Below, one piece after another: positions 26,891 to 36,339 of a stretch of 51,631 nucleotides of DNA (its first letter is position 1; each line of letters opens with the position of its first letter). This stretch comes from an uncultured Acidimicrobiaceae bacterium (GTDB lineage Bacteria > Actinomycetota > Acidimicrobiia > Acidimicrobiales > Salinilacustritrichaceae). A program made the position numbers and the translations under genes. The notes beneath the pieces are model-generated. The model saw only the letters and a list, made by a program, of their open reading frames with translations. It made no database searches and had not been told where the DNA came from. The DNA lies in assembly GCA_964498565.1 (NCBI GenBank), contig CAZCJT010000001.1, positions 1 to 51,631 of the forward strand. The letters are read 5' to 3'.

Positions 26891-27715
26891 ATGACCACCA
26901 CCGAGACCCCGCCGGCCCGGTACCGGATCGCAGAAGTCGCCGAGCGCAGCGGGTTCAGTGCGAGCACGCTGCGCTACTACGAGCAGGCCGGCGTCCTCGA
27001 CGCCCCGGAGCGCACACCGGCCGGCTACCGGCTCTACAGCGACCGGGACCTGGAGCGACTCCGCCTGATCGCCCGCGCCAAGGACCTCGGCTGCACGCTC
27101 GAGGAGACCACCGAGCTGGTGCGGGCGTGGGACAGCGACGAGTGCGGACCGGTGAAGCACCGCCTGCGGGCGCTTGTGCGCGGCAAGGTCGCCGAGGTCG
27201 AGGTCCACCTCGCCGAGCAGGCGGCGTTCGCCACTCAGCTCCGAGCGACCGCCGACGCCCTCGCCGGCCGCCCCCTCGACGGGCCCTGCGACGACTCCTG
27301 CGGGTGCACCACCGTGAGTGCAGAGAAGGTCGGCGGTGGTGGTTGCGGGACCGGTTGCGGCTGCGGAGGGGGTGACGATGCCGTGGTGCTCGGCCGGTCG
27401 ACTGGTGCCGGTGCGTCCAGCGACGTGCCGGTGGCCTGCTCCCTGTCCGGCACCGACATGGCCGCACGCATCGACGACTGGCAGCACGTCCTCAGCACGG
27501 TGACCGCTCGTGCTTCAGTCCCCGGGGGCCTGCGCCTGGAGCTGGCCGGCCGTAGCGGCCTCGCCGAGCTCGCCCGGCTCGTCGAAGCCGAGCAGACCTG
27601 CTGCCCGTTCTTCTCCTTCGCCATCACCATCGACCAGCGCGGCCTGGCCCTCGAGGTCACCGCACCCACCGACGGCCAGGACCTCCTGGCCACCATCTTC
27701 GGAGACCGCCGGTGA
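26891..27715 (+). CDS. MerR-family metal-responsive regulator with Cys-rich linker and C-terminal CC domain
   Basis: YRIAEVAERSG....TLRYYE...R...GYRLY; CDDSCGC, CGTGCGC, ACSL, EQTCCPFF. Confidence 0.9.
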   Translation: MTTTETPPARYRIAEVAERSGFSASTLRYYEQAGVLDAPERTPAGYRLYSDRDLERLRLIARAKDLGCTLEETTELVRAWDSDECGPVKHRLRALVRGKVAEVEVHLAEQAAFATQLRATADALAGRPLDGPCDDSCGCTTVSAEKVGGGGCGTGCGCGGGDDAVVLGRSTGAGASSDVPVACSLSGTDMAARIDDWQHVLSTVTARASVPGGLRLELAGRSGLAELARLVEAEQTCCPFFSFAITIDQRGLALEVTAPTDGQDLLATIFGDRR

Positions 27716-27954
27716 CCAGCAAGGCCCCCAAGCCCCTCAGCATCCTCGGGCTCGGCGCTGCCGCCTGCGTCGCCTGCTGCATCGGGCCGCTCCTCGCCCT
27801 CCTGGCCGCGACCGGGCTGTTCACCGCCGTAGGCACCGCGCTCTTCGGCGCTGCGGGCCTCGTTGCGCTCGCCCCCGCCGCCATCTGGTACGCCCGCCGC
27901 CGGCGGCGAACCACCCGTGCACGGTTCCCGAGGACCGCCCGGTCCCTGTCGTGA
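27712..27954 (+). CDS. Small MerT/MerF-like membrane protein
   Basis: ACVACC in TM1, second TM, basic tail; GTGA coupling. Confidence 0.65.
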   Translation: MTSKAPKPLSILGLGAAACVACCIGPLLALLAATGLFTAVGTALFGAAGLVALAPAAIWYARRRRRTTRARFPRTARSLS

Positions 27955-28053
27955 TCGCAGGCCGCTCGCGACCTCCAGCGGAACCTGCTGCGTCGACCGG
28001 TATCCGCCGGTCTTAGTGCGTCGTGAACGGCGCGGGCTGCGGAATCAGGGGCA

Positions 28054-28078
28054 CGGCTTCCGGGTTCCACGGAAGCCG
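28054..28078. terminator. Stem-loop between convergent genes
   Basis: CGGCTTCCG-N7-CGGAAGCCG. Confidence 0.5.
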
Positions 28079-28126
28079 ATGGAAGCTGCCTTCAGAAATG
28101 GAGTCTTGCTGACCTAGAAACCGCCT

Positions 28127-28963
28127 TCACGGCTCGGGGTCAGGGGCTGGGGCCGACGAACTCGTGGTCGCCCCGCCCTCTGCCTCGTCCTCCTCGGGCG
28201 TGCTGTCGATCTCGGTTGTGCCCTCGTCACCCGGCTCGGACGGCGTGTTCCCGGGGACATCGGCAGGATCCACGCCCAGGTCGGAGCCGACCCCAGCGAG
28301 GTCCTCCAAGCTGGTGGGAGCCGGCAGGTCCGCTCCCTCCGGTGCGAAGGCGATGGTGAACGCCATGCCGTCGTCTTCGAAGCGAATGGACTCGAAGTCC
28401 TCTGTCACTACCCGGTCGGGCTCCTCGTCCTCGGCAGCGGCGAACGCAGTGTCCCAGACGGCCACCTGGACGATCGGCTCGCCCTCGACGCCGTCACAGC
28501 TGCTCTCCCCCTCGACGTACGTCTCTCCACCGGGCACGCCGAGCCGGTCGTCCTCGAGCCGGTCTCCTCCCCCCAGCACGGCGCCTGCATCCTCGAACCA
28601 GCTGACGAGCGTGGCGTTCTCACCGGCCCGGGCAGGTGAGAACGGGTGGATGTGGAACAAGCCGTCGCCGTGGGTGTGGTTGCCGCCGTTCTGCGGGGCG
28701 ATGAACTCAGGTATGTCTGGGACCAGCGCATCGCACACGTAGACGCCGTAGGCGGCGTGCCAGTGATCCTCGTTGGACAGAGGCGCGGCGAGGGCTTCGG
28801 CGGAACGCTCGTCCCGGGCGTACACGACGAGCAACGTGCCGAGGATCACCACGGCGGCGAGCATCGTCGGGAAAAGGATGTTCCGCTCGCCCGCAGCGCG
28901 AGCGCGGCCGCCACCAGCCTTCGCGGCGCGTGCGACCTTCTTGTTGGACGAGGCCTTCCCCAT
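28127..28963 (-). CDS. Membrane-anchored His-motif hypothetical protein
   Basis: Basic N-terminus, one TM, DHWHAAYG..VC, HTHGDG..HIHPF. Confidence 0.8.
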   Translation of the reverse strand: MGKASSNKKVARAAKAGGGRARAAGERNILFPTMLAAVVILGTLLVVYARDERSAEALAAPLSNEDHWHAAYGVYVCDALVPDIPEFIAPQNGGNHTHGDGLFHIHPFSPARAGENATLVSWFEDAGAVLGGGDRLEDDRLGVPGGETYVEGESSCDGVEGEPIVQVAVWDTAFAAAEDEEPDRVVTEDFESIRFEDDGMAFTIAFAPEGADLPAPTSLEDLAGVGSDLGVDPADVPGNTPSEPGDEGTTEIDSTPEEDEAEGGATTSSSAPAPDPEP

Positions 28964-29063
28964 AGCGGAGCGACGCTACAGGGCGGCCTATGACCTGCGG
29001 TGGGAACGAAGGCGTCGGGGGTCAAGCGGTGCCAGACACCTCGCCGTCAGTACAGTCGTTCAG

Positions 29064-29471
29064 ATGACCGTCGAGACGACCCAGGAGACGGAGCTCGCCG
29101 CTCCCGAAGACCACACCTGCCCGACCCGTGTGATCGACGCCGAACGCGTCGCCACGACTCGCGCCCAAGGCGTCGACGGCGATGCCGCCGGCGATGTCGC
29201 CAGCCTGTTCAAGTTGCTGGGTGATCCCGGGCGGGTGCGGATGCTCGACGCTTTGGCCCATGCCGGTGAGCTCTGCGTGTGCGACCTTGCGGCAGTGGTG
29301 GACATGGCCGAGTCGCCGGTGTCGCACTCGCTGCGACTGCTGCGCAACGCCGGCGTCGTGCGCCCCCGCCGGGCAGGGCGGCAAGTCTTCTACCGACTGG
29401 ACGACGACCACGTCCGCCTCGTGCTCGAGCTGAGCATCGAGCACGTGAGTCATGGGCCGGACGGACGATGA
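29064..29471 (+). CDS. ArsR/SmtB (CadC-like) metalloregulator
   Basis: FKLLGDPGR, ELCVCDLA, SHSLRLLR, YRLDDDHV....EH. Confidence 0.9.
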   Translation: MTVETTQETELAAPEDHTCPTRVIDAERVATTRAQGVDGDAAGDVASLFKLLGDPGRVRMLDALAHAGELCVCDLAAVVDMAESPVSHSLRLLRNAGVVRPRRAGRQVFYRLDDDHVRLVLELSIEHVSHGPDGR

Positions 29472-31912
29472 CCGACAATGTGGTGCTCGACCTGCCGTTG
29501 CTCCTCCCTGACGCCCTCGACGGGCGGGATCGATGCGTCCAGCGCCTCACCGAGACCCTGACCGGCGTCCCGGGCTTGAAGGACGTCCACGTGGTCGAAG
29601 CAGCCGACGGCACCCCCGCCCGGCTCTGTCTGCACTACGACCCGGCCACGACCAACGTCGCCCGGATCCGGGGGTTGGCCGAAGCGGGTGGCGCCAAGAT
29701 CACCGAGCAGTTCGCCCACGTCCTCTGGACCGTCACCGGCATCGGCCATGCTCGCAAGGCGCGCACGGTCGCCGATTCCCTGCGCCGCGAAGCCGGTGTC
29801 ATGGAGGCCGAGGTCACCGGCGGACTGGTGCGCGTGGAGTTCGATCGTCGGCAGCTCGGGGAGGTGCGGCTGCGCGGGGTCCTCGCCGAGCACGGCGTGC
29901 AGACCTCGGGTGCTGACCGCGACGAGCATGAAGGCCACGATCACGGTCGCGGCGAGCACGACCACGGCGGCCCCTTCGGCGAGCGCAGCGAGCTGGTCTT
30001 TGCGTTCACCTCCGCCGTGCTGTGGACCATCGGGTTCGTCCTCGAGCTCACCACCGATGTCGGCGATGGTGTCCTCACGCCGCTGTTCATCGCCTCGGGC
30101 TTGTTCGGCGGCTACTTCACGCTGCGCGAGGCGTACGAGAGCGTGCGGAGCCGCCGCTTCGAGATCGACTTCCTCATGCTCGTCGCAGCGACCGGCGCGT
30201 GGGGGCTCGGCAAGTGGGAGGAGGGAGCGCTCCTGCTCGCACTGTTCAGCACCGGCCATGCCCTCGAGGGCTACGCCATGGGACGGGCCCGGAAGGCCAT
30301 CGAGGCTCTCGCCGAGCTCGCCCCCGACACCGCCGTCGTGCGACGTCCCGATGGGGAGCGCGAGGTCCCCGTCGCCGAGCTGGTCGTCGGCGACACCGTG
30401 GTCGTCAAGCCGAACGAGCGGATCCCCGCTGATGGCTTCGTGCTGGCCGGCACCAGCAGCGTGAACCAGGCGCCGCTCACCGGCGAGAGCATCCCGGTGG
30501 ACAAGGTGCCGGTCAGCGACCCTGCGAACGCGGCCGCCGCGCCCGACAAGGTGCCGGCGACGTCACGGCTCTTCTCCGGCACGATCAACGGCGCCGGTGG
30601 GCTCGATCTCCAGGTCACGCGGTTGTCGAGCGAATCGACGCTCTCGAAGCTGGCCACGATGGTTCGCGAGGCTGAGACCCAGGCGTCGCCGACCCAACGG
30701 TTCACCGACCGGTTCGAGCGGATCTTCGTGCCCGCCGTGCTCGTCCTGGTCGTCGTCGTCCTGTTCGCCGGCCCGCTCCTCGGCGGGTCGTGGGCAGAGT
30801 CGTTCTACCGGGCGATGGCTGTGCTCGTCGCGGCCAGCCCCTGTGCGCTGGCGATCGCCACCCCGTCGGCGGTGCTGGCAGCGGTCGCCCGGGCGGGCCA
30901 GTTGGGCGTGCTCGTCAAGGGCGGCGGACCGCTCGAGAACCTCGGGACGCTGCGGGCGGTCGCCTTCGACAAGACGGGCACCCTCACGGAAGGGCGGCCC
31001 CGGCTCACCGACGTCGTCCCTGCTGCGGGTGTCGACGAGCAGCAGCTGCTCGCGATCGCCGTCGCAGTTGAGGTGCGCAGCGACCACCCTCTGGCGACCG
31101 CCATCGTCCGGGACGGGACCGAGCGGCTCGCCGAGCGCACCCCACCGGCGGCGACCGACGTCACCGCCGTGACCGGAAAGGGCGTCCGCGCGACGGTGGA
31201 CGGCGCCGAGGTGCTCATCGGCAAGGTTGGTCTCTTCGACGGCAGCGGCGGTGTCCAGCCTGCGCTGCTGGCCGAGGTCGACCAGCTGCAGGCCGCGGGC
31301 CGAACGATCATGGTGGTCAAGCACGGCGACCGGTTCCTCGGCGTCCTCGGCGTGATGGACACGCCCCGCGCCTCCGCCCGGGCCACCATCGCCGCCCTCG
31401 AGGGCGTCGGCATCCGCCGGTCGATCATGCTGTCGGGCGACCACCAACTGGTCGCGGACTCGATCGCCCGAGAGGTCGGCCTCACCGACGCCTGGGGCGA
31501 CCTCATGCCCGAGGACAAGGTCGCGGCCGTTGAGCGGCTACGGAACGAGGAGGGCAAGGTCGCCATGGTCGGCGACGGCGTGAACGATGCGCCCGCCTTG
31601 GCCCACGCCACCGTCGGCATCGCCATGGGTGCCGCGGGTTCCGACGTCGCCCTCGAGACAGCCGACATCGCGCTCATGGGCGACGAACTGGCCAAGCTCC
31701 CCGTGGTGATCGGCTTGAGCCAGAAGGCGAGCGGGATCATCCGCCAGAACCTCTACCTCAGCCTCGGCATGGTCGTCTTCCTCATCCCTGCCACCCTCGT
31801 CGGCTACGTGGGCATCGGTCCGGCCGTCGTCTTCCACGAGGGCTCCACGCTGGTCGTGGTCGCGAACGCCCTACGGCTCTTGGGGTACCGGGACCGGGTG
31901 AAACTCACGTGA
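29468..31912 (+). CDS. Heavy-metal P1B-4-type ATPase (Zn/Co/Cd)
   Basis: TGES, SPC, DKTGT, HP, GDGVNDAP, HEGST; His-rich linker. Confidence 0.92.
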   Translation: MTDNVVLDLPLLLPDALDGRDRCVQRLTETLTGVPGLKDVHVVEAADGTPARLCLHYDPATTNVARIRGLAEAGGAKITEQFAHVLWTVTGIGHARKARTVADSLRREAGVMEAEVTGGLVRVEFDRRQLGEVRLRGVLAEHGVQTSGADRDEHEGHDHGRGEHDHGGPFGERSELVFAFTSAVLWTIGFVLELTTDVGDGVLTPLFIASGLFGGYFTLREAYESVRSRRFEIDFLMLVAATGAWGLGKWEEGALLLALFSTGHALEGYAMGRARKAIEALAELAPDTAVVRRPDGEREVPVAELVVGDTVVVKPNERIPADGFVLAGTSSVNQAPLTGESIPVDKVPVSDPANAAAAPDKVPATSRLFSGTINGAGGLDLQVTRLSSESTLSKLATMVREAETQASPTQRFTDRFERIFVPAVLVLVVVVLFAGPLLGGSWAESFYRAMAVLVAASPCALAIATPSAVLAAVARAGQLGVLVKGGGPLENLGTLRAVAFDKTGTLTEGRPRLTDVVPAAGVDEQQLLAIAVAVEVRSDHPLATAIVRDGTERLAERTPPAATDVTAVTGKGVRATVDGAEVLIGKVGLFDGSGGVQPALLAEVDQLQAAGRTIMVVKHGDRFLGVLGVMDTPRASARATIAALEGVGIRRSIMLSGDHQLVADSIAREVGLTDAWGDLMPEDKVAAVERLRNEEGKVAMVGDGVNDAPALAHATVGIAMGAAGSDVALETADIALMGDELAKLPVVIGLSQKASGIIRQNLYLSLGMVVFLIPATLVGYVGIGPAVVFHEGSTLVVVANALRLLGYRDRVKLT

Positions 31913-31994
31913 AGGGCTTCGCCAACCATACGAAGGCTCCACGGCACACTCCAGGAGGAGACGTGCGAGCCTCTGACAAGAGGAGCTCGCTCCA

Positions 31995-33989
31995 ATGAAC
32001 GCTGCCCTGGGCACTGCCGGGGTCACCCTCGGCCTCATCGCATGCGTGGCCGGCACGGTCACCATGGTCGTGGGGCTCCGAAGCGAGCGCGCCGCGCTCA
32101 CCCGCACCGGCCGCACCTACGCCTTCCTCGCGCTCGGTGGGGCCGTGCTTGCCACGTTCGCCATGGAGCGGGCGCTCATCACGCGCGACTTCTCGCTGGA
32201 GTATGTGGCGAACAACGGCTCGACCCGCACGCCAGCGCTCTTCAACGTTGCCACGATGTGGGGTGCGCTTGAGGGCTCGATCCTTCTGTGGGCGCTCGTG
32301 CTCGCCGGATACACCGCCCTCATCGCGTCTAAGTTCCGCGCTCGCCTCACAGATCCCCTCGTCGGCTGGGCCCTCGTCACGATGCTGGTGGTCGGGGTCT
32401 TCTTCTTCGGCCTCCTGCTGGGCCCTGCCAACCCGTTCACCACGGTGAGCCCGGTCCCGCTCGACGGGCCGGGCCCGAACCCGCTGCTGCAGAACCACAT
32501 CCTCATGGCGTTCCACCCGCCGATGCTCTACCTCGGCTACGTGGGCTTCACCGTGCCGTTCGCCTTCGCGATCGCGGCGCTGGTCACGGGGCGGGTGGGG
32601 GAGGGTTGGCTGCTGGCCACCCGTCGCTGGACGTTGTTCGCCTGGGGCTTCCTCACCGTCGGGATCATGCTCGGGGCCTGGTGGTCCTATGAGGTGCTGG
32701 GGTGGGGTGGCTACTGGGCGTGGGATCCGGTGGAGAACGCGTCGTTGCTGCCGTGGCTGACCGGCACGGCGTACCTGCACTCGGTGATGGTCCAAGAGCG
32801 TCGCGGGATGTTGCGGGTCTGGAACATCTCGTTGCTGTGCGCCACGTTCGCGCTCACGATCCTCGGCACGTTCCTCACCCGCTCCGGGGTCATCGACTCG
32901 GTGCACGCCTTCAGCGAGTCTCAGATCGGTCCCTGGCTGCTCGGCTTCTTCAGCCTGGTCGTCGTCGTCGCCGTCGGCCTGATCGGGTGGCGGGGCGATC
33001 GCTTGCGGGCGCCGGGCAGCATGGACTCGCCGATCTCTCGGGAGGGGTCGTTCCTCGCCAACAACGTGTTGTTCGCTGCGTTCGCCTTCGTGGTGCTGCT
33101 GGGCACCGTCTTCCCCCTGGTGGTCGAGGCGGCCAACGGGGATCAGCTCTCGGTCGGCGTGCCCTACTTCAACCGGATGACCATGCCGCTCGGCATGCTG
33201 CTGCTGTTCCTGATGGCGATCGCCCCGGTGCTGCCGTGGCGCAAGGCCTCCCAGGAGCTGCTGCGGGTCCGGCTGTTCTGGCCCGCTGTCGCTGCGACGG
33301 TGACGGTCGTAGGCACCGTGCTCGCCGGGGCGCGAGGCCTGGCCCCAGTCCTCGCCTTCGGGCTCGGCGCGTTCGCCGGCGGCGCTGCCCTCCGCCAGGT
33401 CGTCCTCGCATCTCGCCGCCAGGGTTGGCGAGGCGTCGTCGGCCGGACCAACGGCGGCATGATCGTGCACCTCGGCGTGGTGCTCATCGCGGTCGCCCTC
33501 GCTGCCTCCCAGTCGTATTCCTCCGAGATCGAGCTGCGGATGGAGGAGGGCGAGACCGCGACCGTTGAAGGCCACACACTGGTCTTCGAGGGACTCGAGA
33601 CGAGCGAGGATTCGGAGAAGACGACGATTGCGGCGCGCATCCGCGTGGACGGTCGGGTGTACGAACCTGCAGTCAACGAGTTCGTCTTCGGCGGCCAGAC
33701 GATCGGCACCCCGTCGGTGTCGACCGGCCTGCGCCAAGACGTCTTCCTCGCCCTGCTCGACGTGCCCGAGGAGCCAGGCGACCCAGCGGTCATCCGGGTC
33801 GTCATCCAGCCGCTGGTCACGTGGCTGTGGATCGGCGGCGGCGTGATGGCGCTCGGCACGGGGCTGGCGGCCTTCCCCGGCAAGCGTCGCCGACCGACCG
33901 AGCCCACGTCCTCACCCGGTGGCACCGCTGAACCGGGCCAGGACCCCGACGCTCGACCCGACCCCGAACTCGTGGGCGCGGCGTCGTGA
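31995..33989 (+). CDS. ccmF: Cytochrome c heme lyase CcmF
   Basis: W...EGS, HPP..YLGY, WSYEVLGWGGYWAWDPVENAS, TRSG..SVHAF. Confidence 0.95.
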   Translation: MNAALGTAGVTLGLIACVAGTVTMVVGLRSERAALTRTGRTYAFLALGGAVLATFAMERALITRDFSLEYVANNGSTRTPALFNVATMWGALEGSILLWALVLAGYTALIASKFRARLTDPLVGWALVTMLVVGVFFFGLLLGPANPFTTVSPVPLDGPGPNPLLQNHILMAFHPPMLYLGYVGFTVPFAFAIAALVTGRVGEGWLLATRRWTLFAWGFLTVGIMLGAWWSYEVLGWGGYWAWDPVENASLLPWLTGTAYLHSVMVQERRGMLRVWNISLLCATFALTILGTFLTRSGVIDSVHAFSESQIGPWLLGFFSLVVVVAVGLIGWRGDRLRAPGSMDSPISREGSFLANNVLFAAFAFVVLLGTVFPLVVEAANGDQLSVGVPYFNRMTMPLGMLLLFLMAIAPVLPWRKASQELLRVRLFWPAVAATVTVVGTVLAGARGLAPVLAFGLGAFAGGAALRQVVLASRRQGWRGVVGRTNGGMIVHLGVVLIAVALAASQSYSSEIELRMEEGETATVEGHTLVFEGLETSEDSEKTTIAARIRVDGRVYEPAVNEFVFGGQTIGTPSVSTGLRQDVFLALLDVPEEPGDPAVIRVVIQPLVTWLWIGGGVMALGTGLAAFPGKRRRPTEPTSSPGGTAEPGQDPDARPDPELVGAAS

Positions 33990-34582
33990 CCGCACCCGTG
34001 CGCGAGCGACGCCGGATCGGACCGTGGATCGCCGGGGCCGTGCTGGTCGTGCTCGCGGCGTTCATCGGCGTGCTCGCCACCGGCGGCGACGATGACGGCG
34101 TGCGGTCCACCCTCATCGGCCGGCCGGCGCCCGGCATAAGCGGTGAGACCATTGACGGGGAGGCTTACGACCTGGCCGATCGGCGCGGCGAGTTCGTCGT
34201 GGTCAACTTCTTTGCCACTTGGTGCGTGCCCTGCATCCGCGAGCACCCCGAGCTGGTCGAGTTCGAGCGCCGCCAGCGCGAGGAGGGCGGGGCGTCGGTC
34301 GTGTCGGTCGTGTTCGACAGCCGCCCCGAGCAGGTGCGTGACTTCTTCGACGAGAACGGCGGTGACTGGCCGGTCGTCCCTGATCCGGAGGGACGCACCG
34401 CGCTGCAGTACGGCGTGACCGGGGTCCCCGAGTCCTACCTGATCGGTCCTGATGGGATCGTCCTCACCAAGATCGAAGGTGGCGTCACGGCTGACGCCCT
34501 CGAGGACCTGCTTCGGCAGGTCCAGACCGGCGACGTCGACGGCGAGCACCTCGGCGGCGAGGACGAGGCGGGCGAATCGTGA
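33986..34582 (+). CDS. TlpA/CcmG-like thiol-disulfide oxidoreductase
   Basis: N-terminal TM, VNFFATWCVPC..EHP, YGVTGVPES. Confidence 0.9.
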   Translation: MTAPVRERRRIGPWIAGAVLVVLAAFIGVLATGGDDDGVRSTLIGRPAPGISGETIDGEAYDLADRRGEFVVVNFFATWCVPCIREHPELVEFERRQREEGGASVVSVVFDSRPEQVRDFFDENGGDWPVVPDPEGRTALQYGVTGVPESYLIGPDGIVLTKIEGGVTADALEDLLRQVQTGDVDGEHLGGEDEAGES

Positions 34583-34588
34583 GGTGCG

Positions 34589-34612
34589 TCCGTCCGGTCC
34601 AATCCGGACGGA
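34589..34612 (+). terminator. Stem-loop after the TlpA gene
   Basis: TCCGTCCGG-N6-CCGGACGGA. Confidence 0.5.
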
Positions 34613-34787
34613 AGTCGGGAGTGACCCAGGCACTTCGCCTCCCCCCGTAGTTCAGCGTCCTCGGTTTCTCGATTCTCCATGTGCGGCGACGCGTCCGGGG
34701 ACAGCGGTGCAGGGTCCGTTCGGACCGGCCGGTAGGCTCACCGAGCCCAACCGGCCCTGGGCGGGCTCGGAACGAGCACCTCTGTCG

Positions 34788-36128
34788 ATGCCACGCATCC
34801 TGTCCCTGCCCCTCAGCGTCCTGGTCGCCGCGCTGGTCGTCGCCCTCGGCGCCCCGGCGCTGGCCCAAGGGGATCCGCCGGCGACCGAGCCGCCCGACTG
34901 CACGACGACGACGACGGCCCCGGTCACGTCGGATCCGTGCCCGACCACGACCACCGCCCCGCCGGAGTCGACCAGCACCACACCGGCCACGACGGCGCCG
35001 CCGTCCACGCTGTTGCCCCCGCCGCCCGGTTCGGAGCCTCCGCCGCCCCAGGAGAGCACCACCACGGTGCCGCCCGAGCAAGCAGGTGACGAAGACTCCC
35101 CACCCGAAGAGGTCCCGCTTTCGGAGGAGACCGTCCCACCGCCACCCGGCGAGCCAGTCGATGCCGCCGACGCCGAGCGCCTCATCCGCCGGGAGCTGCG
35201 CGTCGCCCAGGCCGAGGTGCTGCAAAGCGCCGTGGAGGTCGCCGACGCCGCCGACCTGGTCGACCAGCTGGCCGACCGCCTCGCCGCCCTCCAGCAGGAG
35301 CTCGCCCGCCTCGACGTCGCCCAGCAGCTGAAGGTGCAGGAGCTGCGGGAGGCCGAGGTCCGCTTCCGCGAGCGGATCGCCAATGCGGTGGTTCGCGGCA
35401 ACGCTGCAGAGCTCGACACCGTCATGACCTCCCAGGATGCCACGGTCCTCGAGATGCGCAAGGTGTTCCTGACATCGGTGTCCGAGGCCGACAGCCAGTC
35501 AGTGGTCGACCTGACGAGAGCGAAGGCCGTAATCGACGGAGGCGTGCTGGATGCGCTGGATGGTGTGGCCCGGACCCGGCGTGAGCTGCGCGCGGCGCGC
35601 GACGCCCTCCAGGACTCGCTGCGCCTCAACACCGAGCGTAAGTTCCAGCTCGCCGTCTTCAGCGCCGGCTCGGAGATCGTGATCCGCGGCTTCGTGTTCC
35701 CGTTGGGTGAGCCCTACAGCTTCATCGATTCATGGGGCTACCCACGCATGACCGGTACCGAGTACGAGCACGGACATCAGGGCGTCGACATCATGGCGCC
35801 CTTCGGTACGCCGGTCTACGCAGTCGAGCGCGGAGTCCTGACCCGTGTCGGCACCGACGTCCTCGGTGGCACAAAGCTGTGGCTCAAGGGCCAGTCCGGC
35901 ACGTACTACTACTACGCGCACATGCAGGCATATGCCGAGGGCATCGCCGAGGGGATCGTCGTGAACGCCGGCCAGCTCGTGGGCTACGTCGGCGACAGTG
36001 GGAACGCCAAGGGTGGAGCCCCCCACACCCACTTCCAGATTCACCCGGGAGGCGGCGAACCCGTCAACCCCTACGGTTTGCTGAAGGTCGTGTCCGAGCT
36101 GTCCCGTTCTCGGCCGGGAGCCGAATAG
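34788..36128 (+). CDS. Secreted M23 peptidase with Pro/Thr linker and coiled coil
   Basis: Signal peptide, HQGVD, YYAH, GDSGNA, HTHF. Confidence 0.9.
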   Translation: MPRILSLPLSVLVAALVVALGAPALAQGDPPATEPPDCTTTTTAPVTSDPCPTTTTAPPESTSTTPATTAPPSTLLPPPPGSEPPPPQESTTTVPPEQAGDEDSPPEEVPLSEETVPPPPGEPVDAADAERLIRRELRVAQAEVLQSAVEVADAADLVDQLADRLAALQQELARLDVAQQLKVQELREAEVRFRERIANAVVRGNAAELDTVMTSQDATVLEMRKVFLTSVSEADSQSVVDLTRAKAVIDGGVLDALDGVARTRRELRAARDALQDSLRLNTERKFQLAVFSAGSEIVIRGFVFPLGEPYSFIDSWGYPRMTGTEYEHGHQGVDIMAPFGTPVYAVERGVLTRVGTDVLGGTKLWLKGQSGTYYYYAHMQAYAEGIAEGIVVNAGQLVGYVGDSGNAKGGAPHTHFQIHPGGGEPVNPYGLLKVVSELSRSRPGAE

Positions 36129-36171
36129 ATCCCGTCGCCATGTGAGTGAACCTGGCCCTGCTGTCCGTGGT

Positions 36172-36339
36172 TCAGTCGTCCTCGGTCTCGCGGTGCTCGG
36201 CGCTTTCGTCCTCCAGGTCACCGACCCGGCGCCGAGCGAGGAGGAGCAGCAGGGCAAAGACAATGACCGGGGCGAGGATGAAGAGGGTTTCATCCCAGCC
36301 GCCCTGATGGGCGAACAACATCGGCAGCGCTTCGATCAC
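36172..36339 (-). CDS. Small membrane protein
   Basis: AHQGGWDE plus TM; GTGA-coupled to the M56 gene. Confidence 0.6.
   Translation of the reverse strand: MIEALPMLFAHQGGWDETLFILAPVIVFALLLLLARRRVGDLEDESAEHRETEDD

Noticed and set aside
34880-35150. ACG/ACC/CCG-rich repeats
   Set aside because: Encodes the Pro/Thr linker of the M23 peptidase; not a DNA-level repeat element
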